64,000 nt of DNA from Mytilus trossulus. Lineage: Eukaryota. The notes under the pieces are model-generated. The model searched no databases. It worked only from the letters and a program-made list of their open reading frames with translations, and was not told the DNA's origin. This document shows positions 39,990 through 53,522 of this stretch, piece after piece. A program made the translations under genes and the position numbers. Position 1 is the first letter of the stretch; every line of letters begins with the position of its first letter. The DNA is taken from NCBI RefSeq assembly GCF_036588685.1, contig NC_086383.1, positions 25,544,001-25,608,000 on the forward strand. Reading direction: 5' to 3'.

Positions 39990-42900
39990 CACTTTCGCTA
40001 CTGAATTTATTTTTTTCGCGGGATTTCCTGGCCGAAATATATTTGCACAAGCCATTTTCCTGACGGGATTAATTTGACATGTGCTTCAGCAAAAACGACC
40101 TGGTAGTTTGGGTCATTGAAAACTCGGCAACCGTAGCGAGTTATGCGGTCAAATTTTGATAAAATGTAGATGAATATCATAGGTTGATCGTCCGTAACCT
40201 TTTCATAGAGTGAAAATTAGTTTACCTTAAAAACGTGTGTTGAAAACGTAGATTGATTGAGTCGGAAGATAATTTTTGTCATTGCCTACCGTCATGACCG
40301 TATATCACTTTCACTTCCATTCGGCAACATTTCTTAAGCACACGTGTGATTCGAAATTCTAATTCTATGAGCTACTGAATTATTTTCTTTCAAAACCTGT
40401 TTCCGTTTTCGTTTTCTTGGCAAAAATACTTGTAAATCGAGACTGTCGTTCACGTAGATTTTTGGCCGCCATTTGTTTACGGTTTCGAAAGAAGAAAGAT
40501 AACTCAGGTTCCATAACGGACAATAACTCTTCCAGACGAGTTGTATAATACCCCCAGCGTTGATGTGCGATTACTGAACTAGTTAAAAATATTGTTTAAC
40601 TGCAATAATAATCGATGGGACTTCTTTACTTTATGACTTAATCCCAGTAATGCCTTAATTCTTCCACATGTGAATGAGATAAAGCTTTCCAATAAATAAA
40701 AGTTAGTAAATAATCCCATTAAGTGATTTTTTTCAAAGTTCTAAATCCATGAAATTTCCAAAAAAATTGATTTGGGTCATGGTGGTTTTATAATATATAA
40801 AAAATATTTAAGCATAAATAAATGTACAAGAAATAAGCAAATATTCAGCTGTATAGATCTCAAGATAAAGAGCCTACTGAATTATTTATTTTTTTGAAAA
40901 TTGTTGAAACTAAGTAGTCAAAATTAAGGATGTATAAGATAACATGAAATTGACAAATACATCAACTGATGTTTGTTAAAGCAGCACAAATAAATACCAA
41001 AAGCTGATAACTAATATTTTATAAATTTATTTTCATCATAGTTAAATTTATTAATCACATGCAGTAGAGGAAAAGGATAGAAAATATGCAGACAACTACT
41101 GGGTACTGTTTTATTTAAACTCATGGTATGTACACACAGATGCAAGTCGTTGAAAACAATTGCCAAAAGAGATTAAATTAATAAATCATGTACATGTTTT
41201 ACTGCAAAATTCAGTTTTAAAATTCATTGATGGAAAGCTACATCAGGGAGCGGATATAGTTTGTAATAACATTTGGAAGCTATGAAATGTGTTTTAGTTT
41301 ATATTGCTGTGTACTCATTGAAAAGGAGGATTCATATCATAAATTTTGATTTTGAAATTGAGTGAGGACAATGGAAACTGTTTTTTTTTTTATTTCTGTT
41401 AATATTGTTGGGTTATTTAATGGAATGATTTGTCAAAAAGTGAATAAAAATTACTTGAGTGAGGTTGTTATTAGAATATAACCATTGTATTAAACCAGTC
41501 TATTAATTAATCTATTGCATCCAGCAGCAAGTGTTACTTACAATATAAGCCTATATATTAATGTGGTATGAAGATACCCTGCTTATCATGTGTGCTAGTC
41601 CCATTAACAGTGTAAATTTTTAAAGAAGCTGACTTACAAGGTGACAGCTACAAGACCCTGATGTGGTACATTATCCCATTTCAAATTTGATTACTTTTTT
41701 CTCTTACTTTTTACTACTACATGTATATGACTTGGCATGTGAGAGAAGAAGCAATTTATATACCATTTAAAGTCACTTTTTGAACACGAAAAAGATGTTT
41801 CCTAGTGTTAAAAATGGTTGCTTATATTGGCATTACAAATTGTAATAAACTTTAGGCACTGCTACACTGGTCATTCATCTTTTGTGTGTGCAACATGAGG
41901 GGGGAGTTCTTCCTCATAATTTCCAGAACAAAAAATTGAACCCCTATTGTTTTCAGAAACATACAGGAACAGTATTATTTTACAATAATAAATGATGCAA
42001 TCTCAAGATTAATCAGAAGCAGCAGACAACACATTATGTTATTTCACTTTGGGGAAAAATCACTACCCTTCAGCAAATTTTTTTTCCCCCTTCCCAATTC
42101 TAAAAAAATAATTTTCCCTTCCCTTCCAAAACAATTTTTCTATTTCCACTTCCCTTCTTTTACAATATTTTTTTAAATGAGAAAGAAAACGATTTGTTAA
42201 AATAAAATAATCATCTTGGCATTTTTCAGTATTTTTTTTCTCTGTCAACAAAGAGACATATATAGTATACATGTCTCTGGTCAACATAATTTGTTTTTCA
42301 AAACAAAACAAAATCTAAAATTTTTGTAAGCTGAACAAGACTTTTAAAAACCTCTGTCACAAGACGAGATACATCATGGAAAATAAATTTACATTCGATT
42401 AAAATACGAATAAGATTGCAGAATATTGTCTCATCTTTCGAAACCACTTTTATGTAAAATAATAAAGCTTTGAGATGTAACAACACGTGTTTTATGAACC
42501 ACACTATTTATAGACTCAGCTGTCAATTTTGTCAATATCCGGTTCTATTTTAAATGAAATTGGACTTTCGTTTTGTCGACCGTAGTACATACTGCAGTAC
42601 AGCCTTTCAATAAAAAGAAAGAAAACCCGTAGCACTACAGACTCATGACTCTGACTCAATCGGTAATGAAAGGTTGACTGTCAAACGGCAACGAGAAATA
42701 ATAATTTACAGTCGTGCACCTGATGGCGACAATCAAAGTCTCGATTTCAGATTGTTTTACAAATATCCTTCTCACAACTCCAAAATATACGTACAATAAC
42801 TACTTTTGTTCAAGTTAAGCCACTTTCATGACCGCAGGTCAAGTTTTCTAAATGTTTCAACTCGAAATGAAACTCTTGACCATGATTCCGCCATTTTGTT

Positions 42901-43168
42901 TTTCACGAGTTTTTTTTTCCCTCAACAATCTTTAAAAAAACATATTTCAACAGTGTTTTTACGCCCGATACTAAAATATCGAATGCATTTGATGTTTATC
43001 ATAACATCCATGAAGCAACGGGGCCAAGAAACATGTTTAAACATTATTTTTACTGTTTGCACTGGGACCGTCTAAAAATAGAAATATTCGGCATCTACAC
43101 GGTGTGCCAAAAGGATACATTCGGCATCTACACCGGTGTGCCAAAAGGATACATTCGGCATGAAAGGG
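39990..43168. mobile_element. Non-autonomous piggyBac-like element (3.2 kb)
   Basis: TTAA at 39986-39989 and 43169-43172, termini cactttc.../...gaaaggg, and 33-34 bp subterminal direct repeats at 43086-43160. The host HINE unit reads through when the element is removed. No transposase ORF was found. Confidence 0.7.
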
Positions 43169-43461
43169 TTAAAGCAAATAAGTTCAAAGGGGAGTAACTC
43201 CTAGAAAAAAATTGAATCGTAATTTCCTGTTGATATGCACATCTACATAGTTTGTCCTTATTATCTACCAAGTATCATAAAATTCTGTTGTGGGGGTAGG
43301 TATAATAAGGAACAGACAGACAAACAGTCAAGCAGATGGATACACAGACCAGAAAAATTATCTTAATATAATATCACACATGGGGCTTCAAACAACATGC
43401 CATGGATCATTTTATCCAATGCTTTAATTTTTTCTGTTAAATATGGGTTATGTAACATGTG

Positions 43462-43593
43462 CATTGGCGGATCCAGGGGGGGGGGGGGGGTCTTGGGGTT
43501 GCAACCCCCCCCTTTTTTTTTGGCCGATCAATGCATTTTAATGGGGACATATAGTTGAAACCCCCCTTTTTAAAATGGCTGGATCCGCCCCTG
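43462..43593. mobile_element. Small GC-rich MITE with a 5-bp TSD
   Basis: TIR ca..ggcggatccag / ctggatccgcc..tg; atgtg at 43457-43461 and 43594-43598. Confidence 0.8.
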
Positions 43594-43809
43594 ATGTGTA
43601 TGTGAGCCTGAGTCTGTGACTCGTCTAACATTTTGTCATTATCATGTCAGATTTATTTGTGAAATGAAATTTACTAAAGAGAATCAGACTGTCTCTGAAA
43701 TTGTGTATAGAACCAGATTTGCTTATTTTAACAGGTCACATTTAGATCACGGTGAGTTTGTGTTGTAATTATGTTTTCTGATTGAACAATGTACATTTTG
43801 TTAATTTAC

Positions 43810-43974
43810 CTGTTCTAGAGTCAAGGACAGTTTTCATATCAGCTGCTGTTACAATGTTTTTTTTTCAACTTGCAACCCAACTTTTTATCTTTTTGCGCTT
43901 ATTTGCCATCTTTGAATCACAATATGACTTTCCTGCATGGGCCTCAGAGTAGCAATATCCCTGTATATTGATCC
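43810..43974 (-). pseudogene. Decayed Sola3-like transposase, catalytic exon (INIQGYCYSEAHAGKSYCDSK...IVTAADMKTVLDSRTG)
   Basis: AG/GT-bounded exon with a SE...GK..CD motif; contains an internal stop and frameshift. Confidence 0.65.
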
Positions 43975-45085
43975 CTATGAAATATAAGATATTCATTACT
44001 CTGCAATTTAAATATACACAAAATAACTGAAAAGTATTGTATAAAAGTTTTATCACATTAGATTAAGGCAAACTACAGAAATAGGAAGAAAACTAAAAAA
44101 AATAGCAATTTTACCATTTGTAAAGGGGCATAACTTTAGAACGACTAAAGTGACGCCCCCAAATATTCAAACTTGATTGTGTTTAGTGGTAATAAGCATT
44201 GTATAACAGTTTACTAACATTTGGTTAAGGCAATCTAAAGTTAACTATAGTTGTTAATTTCTGTGTCAATTTGGTCTCTTGTGGCGAGTTATCTCATTGG
44301 CAATCATACCACATCTTCTTTTCTGAATAAATAGTTAGAGTACAGACATACAGTGGTTGTTGTTTGTTTACAGTCTGTGCCAAAAACTATTTGAATACTA
44401 GCCCTATGGGGTAGTAAAAAAAAAAAATACTAGCCTGAATTTATATGTACTGGACCGGATAAAATCTGTGTCCCCGGTGAGGATCACGAAGTGATCCGAA
44501 CCAGCTAGGGAGGTTTGGGGGCATGCCCCCCCCCCCCCAAGAAAATTTTGGAATATTAGATGTAAAATCCTGCATTCTGAGGTTACATTTTTGTGTATAA
44601 ATCTTGTCAAAAATGTAGAGTTTTTTCTCCATATTATATGAAAAATTCTACTTTCCTTCAATAAAAACCTTCTCAAAACTGTTGACAAAACTGACTCCAT
44701 TCTTTGAATTGAAGACAAACATGTAAATGTAAATTAAATGTATACATGTAGATATAAACCCCTTGCCATCACATATTGTTTATTCAAATTTGACTTTGGA
44801 AAGTTAAAGAGATCACCCTTTCTGATGCAGACCAAAAATAGAAGAAAGCTTATATCAATTGATTATATATTTATTCTTCATAATTTTTCATGATTTTTTT
44901 CAATTTGCTGAACAACTCCTGTTCAGCAAGTTCATTTTCATCTTCACTTTTTTCACCACTGTCCTCATCCTCATCTGTACTGCAATCTTCTTCTTGGTTG
45001 ATAACAATCATCAGAAAAAAATATATATTAAAACCTTGTAATATTAATCATTTCAATTTGATGTGGATGTACATCATGGTTGAAT

Positions 45086-46102
45086 ACAAGTAAACTGCGA
45101 GCTACTGCTCACTGATGATACCCCGCCGCAAGTGGATAATATTAATAGTGTAAAAATATGCAAGTGTTCGGTAAACAGGAAGTTGTCGAGTGATGAATCT
45201 GAAAACGCATCACACGGTATAGCTGACTTATATTAATCCTGAAACCAAATTTCAGAAATCCTTGTATTGTATTTCCTGAGAAAAATGTGACGAAAATTTT
45301 CAACTTGGCTATCATGTGTAAAATCGTACAAGTGTTCGGTTAACAGGAAGTTGTCAAGTGATCAATCTGAAAACGCATCACACAGTATAGCTGACTTAGA
45401 TAAACCCTGAAGCCAAATTACAGAAATCTTTGTATTGTAGTTCCTGAGAAAAATGTGACGAAAATTTTCAACTTGGCTATCATGTGTAAAATCATACAAG
45501 TGTTCGGTAAACAGGAAGTTGTCAAGTGATCAAGCTGAAAACGCATCACACAGTATAGCTGACTTAGATAAACCCTGAAGCCAAATTACAGAAATCCTTG
45601 TATTGTAGTTCCTGAGAAAAATGTGATGAAAATTTTCAACTTGGCTATCATGTGTAAAATCATACAAGTGTTTGGTAAACAGGAAGTTGTCAAGTGATCA
45701 ATCTGAAAACGCATCACACGGTAAAGCTGACTTAGATAAACCCTGAAGCCAAATTTCAGAATTCCTTGTATTGTAGTTCCTGAGAAAAATGTGACGAAAA
45801 TTTTCAACTTGGCTATCATGTGTAAAATCATACAAGTGTTCGGTAAACAGGAAGTTGTCAAGTGATCAATCTGAAAATGCATCACACGGTATAGCTGACT
45901 TAGATAAACCCTGAAACCAAATTTCAGAAATCCTTGTATTGTAGTTCCTGAGAAAAATGTGACGAAAGTTTCGTGGGACGGACGGACGGACTGATGGATG
46001 GACTGACGGACGGACAGACAGCGGTAAAACAGTATACCCCCCCCTTTTTTAAAGCGGGGGTCCTTTTTTAAAGCGGGGGTATAATTTAAAGCGGGAGTAT
46101 AA
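45086..46102 (+). mobile_element. Helentron/HINE-like element with five 168-bp satellite units, in the last hAT intron
   Basis: Unit starts at 45148, 45316, 45484, 45652 and 45820 (period 168). Has (GGAC)n, and the 3' end motif tttaaagcggg is triplicated. Same family as 21347-21846. Confidence 0.9.
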
Positions 46103-48085
46103 TAATTACAACAACTTTGGACTATAATAATTTGCATGATATATAGTAATTAGTTCTCGACAAAGAAAAATAATTTATGCTGTGTTGTGTATTAGAATTA
46201 AGATATTGCAGAAATTTATATCTTTGCTGGTTCTCATTCTTAAAAGTATTTATGTTTTTTTTTTAAATTACAAATATTTGAATGCTTTTATGAACTATGT
46301 GATGTATTTTAAATACAATAAATACCTGGATGTCTTGACCAGCAGCTGGTGTATCAATCTCATCATGACCAACCACAACAGTTTCTTGGTCGACTGTGTT
46401 TGTTTGGAGTGTCTCAGTTAATCGTGATGGTCTGGAATAGCCAACTCTCCTTCTTCTGTCTGAAGGGGTAATCTGAAACAGTACAAATTATTTAAAAAAA
46501 ATAAACAGTGTTTGTCAGAAATTTTAATTAAGTTTACAATTATTCAGACTAATATGTAATCAAAGTGGAGCTTAAACTTATTAAAACTTTGTCTTGAAAG
46601 AGCTTAACAGCATGGGAGAAAATACATAAGACATTAAGTATGTGTTTTAAAAGGCATACAATGATACAGTGAACTGAGGACAGTAAGTATTGAAAATAAG
46701 TAAACAGGAATAAATTCAACTTTGAGCTAATATTACCCAATTTTTTCTGTCATGCAGACAAAAAAATAATTTTGAATGAACAATTACCATCCAGCTTTGG
46801 GTCAAACTGCTCAACATTATCAGTCTCAATTTCGACTTGGATCAAGTCCTTCAATGTGTCCGTCTTCAAATGACCCCGCCTCTTGCCTTTGCTGAGTTTG
46901 ATTCTGCTGAATGTAGTTTCTTTATTGACACTTGTTGGTGGTAGACTGAGCAGAGCATCTATAACAAGCTTTATATTGTCAAGGCCATCCCTGAATGTTT
47001 CAAACACAGATCCCCATGTCAAGGCACCATCTATAAGTCTGTTACTGTACCTAAAAAATTAATACACAAAATTGTAAATATTCAATATCAGACATATATG
47101 GATATTTTATTTTTAAAAATATTAAGATGTTCAAGGCAAAAAATTGGAGTAAATGAATACAGAGTTAGGAGTTGTTTACCCTATAGGTAACATTAAGCTA
47201 AAATTAGGTTTTTATAGAATAGAGAATGGAAACATTGTGCCAAAAAGACAACAACCCAAACAATGAGCAGAAACATTAATTACCTTTGATATATTAAAGA
47301 TTTCAAAATGGCCCACTCTGTGTTAACTTCCTCTATATCCATGCCTGACCTTATTAAGGTGGACTTGAGATTTTTCTTTACAAGATGAATCTCATGGTCC
47401 CCATACTCTTAAATGACAAAAAAACTTATTCATTAAACATGTTAAAAAATGAGAAACATATTTTTGCTTGCACCATAAAACACAATTTGCTTATAGACTG
47501 AGATATTGATGATTACAGGTATTTATTTAATTACTTTAATATTATAACCTGTACAATCAGAGACAGTTATGCTATGACATATATGCAATTACAAGATAAC
47601 TTACTTGGTTTGCATATTTTTAGAACTTCTGTAGTTGCTTTGATCTGTGCATGTCCATTATACAATGTTAGGTTCTGTTTCTGCAGAATCAAGGATAGTC
47701 TGTTTAAAGGTGATATGATTTCCTAAATGAAATGCAATTAATTAAAATTCAATACATATATAAGTTTGTCATATACATGGAAATTTAAATATGCAGTTCA
47801 TATTCACATTCATTATTTGTAAAGCAGTAATTACATTGTACATATAAGAGTAGTAACAATTGTCAAAAATCAAAACAGACATGTCAAGATAAAGAAAACC
47901 AAAAATCAATAAAGCAATCTTAAAAATATTTTGACTTCTAAATGTATGTTTTTAATAATGATTTAGTATTCTACATGTATACCTTTAAATTTAACATGAA
48001 TGTGACAACCGCTACATCAGTTCGAATTTTGGCAAGTCCTTCAGCTTTTGGATTTTCATGTGAAGCACTTTCTAGGTGAGCTTTA

Positions 48086-49452
48086 TGGTCACTTGAAAAA
48101 CACTGATATCACTCAGATTACATTTCTACCTTGACAGGTAAGTTTGTATTTAGCCTATGAAATACTTATTTAGCCTTGAGAATTGAAAGGTCAGTTTATC
48201 CCATTCATACAATAGAAGTTTACCTATGAGGGTCAGAATGGGGTTTACAGAATAGAGAATACATGTAATAGCAACAAAAAAATAGAGAAAAGAGAAAATG
48301 AACAATAAAATAAAATATAGAGAATACTGGGGTGCAAAAGTATAAAATAATAAATGTGCAAAATAACTTGAAAAGGTAACTTTAGTAACTGTAATGCAAT
48401 ACTGATAATATAATGGTCAATGTACATAATTGATAAATAATCTTGTAATAAAAAGACTATATAGTAAAATCATTTTCATGAACATTTTACAGAATGTTAA
48501 TGAGAGTTATTTTTAAGGTTATTAAACATTTTAAAAGGAAAATGCCATAAAAATTTAAAAAACCCATGCAGGTCCTCATGTCATTTACATTGTCAATATA
48601 TAGGACACATCTAGTAAAACTGGTTTTAAACTAAACATCTGGTCAAACTGGTTTGATATAACTGATAGTTTCTTGCCCTAGTTGTATATTTCACAGTGAC
48701 CTTATGTGTTTGTGCTAAGAGTACATTGTAATGTCATATTTATTGATTTTCTGATGGGACATGACCTAAATTGTAAACATAAAAAAACAGTGACCTGAGA
48801 TTTCAACTGATATTAGTATAATAAACAATGATAAATTAATATTTGGAATTTTATATCCTGGTTGATGATGTTTTTTTGGGACCAAGTCACCAAGATGTTT
48901 CTTCATTCTAGTTTATATGATTATTTTAACCTTCAACATTGTTCAATGCACATTCAGGTCTCATTTAAAATATTTTGCAACTATATAATAATTTGTCAGA
49001 TTTGGTGTAAACTAAAGACAAGACAGTGTTTTAGATAACCTTGCAAGCATAGTCTATTTCTATAACAGTCAAGCAGATATTTTTTTTTTTAATATCTGAA
49101 AAAAAAAACTACCATGTAAAAAAATATATGCAATTTAAAATAACCTTAAATAACCCCTAAAACTCAACATTAACAGATTTTTAAGAATTAAATCAAGATG
49201 CACAAAGTTTCAAGTATTGGTCAGAATATAGGGTTCTTTTGTACTTTAACAATATCACAATAACAATAAAGTGACCTTAATTTTGGACAAGGTAAATGGC
49301 ATGAAGCCAAATTTATCAACTTCTATTGTATGAATGGGATAAACTGACCTTTCAATTCTCAAGGTTAAATAAGTATTTAATAGGCTAAATACAAACTTAG
49401 ATGTGAAGGTAGAATTGTATTCTGAGTGATACAGGTGTTATTCAACTCACCA
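48086..49452. mobile_element. 1367-bp TIR element (135-bp TIRs, TA TSD) inserted in a hAT transposase exon
   Basis: 48086-48220 is the reverse complement of 49318-49452 (13 mismatches). TA at 48084-48085 and 49453-49454. Removal restores GYRGF-KAHLES. Confidence 0.9.
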
Positions 49453-52400
49453 TAAATCCCCTGTAACCTTTGATAATAACATTTATTGCTCTAAGCATGT
49501 GTGGCATCCAACGAGTTCCTCCTACACGGGTTGGAAGTATTTTCGTCATGTTAAGTGCACTGAAAGCTCGTTTTAAGGCTTTCTTCTGTTTGGGACCTCT
49601 GCGGTACAAGTAGTAAAGACCTGTAAAATAGTTATTTGAAAATTTGACTTAAGACATCTTCTGTAAGACTTTATGTAAATAAATTTACATGATTAATAAA
49701 TAAGGGTACAATGTATGCCATGGTGTATATGTATAAATTTTTGACATTAAATTGCTATACATCAATGCATGACATACATTGCATATGCATACATGTAAAA
49801 TATAATAAGCTAAATGCATTTGAATTGAATGAACTAGGACTTTTTAATCATGATAATTATTAATTGTTTTATTGCCAAACATAATAACTTACCAAGAAGA
49901 AGAGTTATGGTTTTATCATACAATTTAGATGACTTAATAGCATCCTTAAAGCTTAACTCAACTCTGTGAGCCAAGCAATGAGTAACAACTATTTCTGGGT
50001 TTTCTCTTTTCATCAAAGCAGCCACACCATTTCTTATACCTGAAAAAAATATGTCTTTAAAACAAACTATTTTTGTAACATTACATTGACACTGTACATT
50101 AAATTAATTTTAATCATATACTGTAAAAATGTTTTAATTCCTTTATCATGTTTAGAATTTTTTCAAATTCTATATGTTTACCACGGTCCATGTTTACTTT
50201 AAATCAATATGAAGGTCTAGATTGAGGTTCTTTCATTACACATGTTTCAGTATAATATTCTTTTAATTTTTTAGGTCATTTGTCTTTCCTTTATACCCAT
50301 TATTTTGTATTCTTTATATTATATGAACATGATGAATGAAGAATTTCATGTTTATAAACTAGTACGTACATACACTGTCACACATATAGCTACAGAGAAC
50401 ATATACACATTTGCTACGCACCAAGCACATGTGAAAATAAATAACTGTATCTACACCTCATTATTTTATCTATATGGATAAGAAAATGTGGCATGAGTCA
50501 GAGTGTCAATGAGACAACTCTCAATCCAAGTCACAAATTGTAAAAGTAAACCATTATAAGTCATAGTACAGTCTACAACATGGATACCATTTTTTCTACT
50601 GTAAATATAAAAAAGAACATGCGGTATGATAGCCAATAGGACAACTATCTACAAAAGACCAAAATGACACTGACAGTCATTAACAACTATAGGACACTGT
50701 ACAGCCTTCAACAATGAGCAAAGCCCATTCCAACCCCATCCACATTGTATATTACATAATAAATAAATTAAAAAATAAATTTACCTTGCATGTTTGATGC
50801 ACCGTCTGAGCAAAAGCCAATAAGTTTACTCCACAGTTGGTTGGTATTGTCCTCTGAATTTTCAAAGCAAACAGCTTTCATGTAATTAAATATGTCCTGA
50901 GATCCTGCAGATTCAGCAGTACCCAAATCTAAAAACTTTTCAATTATCTTTCCATTTTGGGCACTTCTTACCCACAATGACTCATATTCATCCCCCATGA
51001 AGTCAGATGACCCATCACAGGTGAGGCTCAGAAATGGTGTTTTTTTCAAAAGGTCTCTGGTCTCATTTCTGGAAACACTGGCTATATTTTTGACAAATTC
51101 ACAGGCCTTTTTGTCATTCAGGTAGCTATTGCCAACACCAAGACCTTTAGCTTGATCCAGTTTACATATAACATTATAAGTTTTAAAGCTAAGATGATGT
51201 TTAGCAACAGCATGGGCATTACGAAAGAGAATGCTAAGTCTGTCATATTCAGTTTGTTTTATAGAGTTAATGGCCTTTGCAGCCAGTGAATTCTGAGGAA
51301 GTGGCCTCTCGGCAACAGATGTTGCACTGATGTGAGGGGAACTGACTTCATGATTTTGGATGGTGTCAATCCTAAAATTCGTACACCCAGATAAGAATTT
51401 CCATCCCTTTCCCTGCTCCTTACAGTATGTACAATACATAACGGAATTCTCATTATCATACTTGAGCCAGGGACGACCGTCCATCCAATGGGTTTTGAAC
51501 TCTCTGACGCGCTTGTCCTCGTATTTTTCTTTGCTTCTGTAACTTGGTCGGAAGTGCGAGACAGTCTTTTTGGTGCCTTTCCAGGTCTCGCACTATCCGA
51601 CCACCTCAACAATGAAGCCATGTAACGATGTAAAATTATGTGTGTACTTTTATCTTTCGATATGAAACAAAACTGGCACCACTTCTTCATAAAATTAACG
51701 GTAACCAGTGACCAGTCACCGAGGTCGTCCTAATAACCAATCGTTTAAATACACAAGATGTCAAGCGGACAGTTACGAATTAATGTCTTCCGATGCAAAA
51801 ATGAACATTTTTTTTTTATTTTCTGTTATGATTATATTTTATTTAGTTTATGCAACACAAATTAATCAATAACTACCGAAATTTGAAATTTTGAAAACAC
51901 GTGGTACTGACCGTTTTTGCGCTTTTTTAAAATTTATTTTGAACAATCGGTTATTAGGGAGACCGTAAAAACTGGTTTACGCTACTTTTGCAAGGAAGTG
52001 AGTATCAGTTTATTGATCTCGATGGCGTTGTATTGACACATTCGGCAGTTAACTTACGGTAACGATTAAAAAAGTGCACACAGATATGCACTAGACCGGT
52101 CGGACAATCGGCAGTGTACTTTTTACTAGTCCGAGCTTAATTAAAGTAGACACGGGCTTCGGGCTACCGCTTAACGTCGCAGACTGTGTTTATGTGTTAC
52201 ATATTTGTTTTTCTCTCATTATTGGTTCATTTATCAGGCTGTAAGTTTTCTCTTTTGAATTGATTTACCTTGCCATTTCCAGGCTTTTTATAGCTGACTG
52301 TGCGGTTTGGACTTTGCTCATTCTTGAAGGCTGTACTGTGACCTATAGTTGTTACTTTATGTGTCATTTGGTCCCTTGTGGAGAGTTGTCTTATTGGCAA

Positions 52401-53522
52401 TCATACCACATCTTCTTTTTTTTATAAACAAGGGTTAAACTTAAAGCACCTCCACTATGGCCTGGGACATAAAATAAGTTTATGAGTATACATACATGTA
52501 CGTAACATTTGTACATTTGTACATCTAGAATTATATCAAGGTTATAACAAAATGCACCCAAATTTTCTTTAGAAAAAGATCAATAACCCTTCAAATGTTG
52601 TCTGATTAAATTTCTTGTTAGAAAGCTTTTGACATGGTGAACAATTTTACTACTTTAGTTTTCCCAAAACTATAATTATATTATTTTATAGATATAACTT
52701 AAATGATATCTCTAGGTTGTTTTTTCCAAAGCAATGTCTCAAGAAACGTATGTGCTTTAATAAAAATAAAGATTATAGCTAATTTCCTAATGCATGAAGG
52801 GCAAGACTTTTTTTACTTTGTTTGTATATTGTACAATAGTAATTTAGATAACATCCAATTGCTTTTAACCATTATATTTACAGGTTTAGGTTTGCCTATA
52901 TTTATTGTATGAAGATGTCAGTCTTACGTTGTACAAAGCTTGGGTAAACGTTTCAAAATCAAAATTCTACTCTACAAGAAATTAGCTTTAAGATGAACAT
53001 TAAACTACTGTCACTTAGCATGCTTAGGGAAAACATAAAAAAAATCAATGAAGGATAATAAACTTAATTCAAATAGTTTGGGGTGGGGGTAAAAATTGCT
53101 GCAATTTTTCTTTAATTGAAATGATTTTATACTTTCCTGTGGTCAATCTATTTTTCCCAAATTAAGTTAAGAGGAGAGTAAGGGGGTCAGTGTTTATCCT
53201 ACATTGAACTTTTGATTTCGACCCTAATCATGCTAATTCTCAATTGTTGTCTTCTGCTTTTACCATATAAAATTGAGAAAGGAAATGGTGAATATATCAA
53301 AGCGACGACCACCCGACCATAGAGCAGACAACAGCTGAAGGTAACCAATGTGTATTCAATGTAGCGAGAATTCCCGCACCCGTAGGTGTCCTTCAGCTGG
53401 CCCCTAAAAATATGCATACTAGTACAGTGATAATGGATGTTCGAATTATACACAAGAAACTAAAATTTTAAATCATATATTTACTTAGCACAATTTTTTC
53501 TGTAATATACATTGTATGTTAC

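Larger units (their letters stand above)
44871..51621 (-). pseudogene. Spliced hAT transposase (ZNF862-like), disabled
   Basis: Exons: 51621-50785 (Zn finger WLKYD..MYC.YC...H, CDGS, SDGASNM), 50039-49893 (HCLAH), 49620-49451 (TRW), 48102-47983, 47722-47605 (PLNRLSLILQ), 47407-47284, 47050-46788 (dimerisation domain PPTSVNKETTFS), 46472-46326 and 45011-44871 (acidic tail). Lesions: frameshift at ~51525, phase mismatch or missing exons after 47605, small deletion at ~46793, and last acceptor reading TG. Confidence 0.85.
44371..52186 (-). mobile_element. hAT-superfamily DNA transposon, 7.8 kb, with a 6-bp TSD (hAT6-like)
   Basis: Termini cagtctg(t/c)g. TSD tgttta at 44365-44370 and 52187-52192. 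Subterminal tagccc motifs. It interrupts a copy of repeat family B, which reads through when the element is removed. Confidence 0.9.

Noticed and set aside
45586-46137. 183-aa ORF with 56-aa repeats
   Set aside because: It is a translation of the 168-bp satellite, whose length is divisible by 3.
48084-49454. IS3EU-type (TATGG..CCATA, 6-bp TSD) or TTAA-type reading of this insertion
   Set aside because: No 6-bp or TTAA duplication is present, and only a TA duplication restores the host reading frame.
50768-51484. Host gene ZNF862 / C17orf113-like
   Set aside because: It lies within TIRs and a TSD and has several disabling lesions, so it is a transposase pseudogene rather than a domesticated gene.
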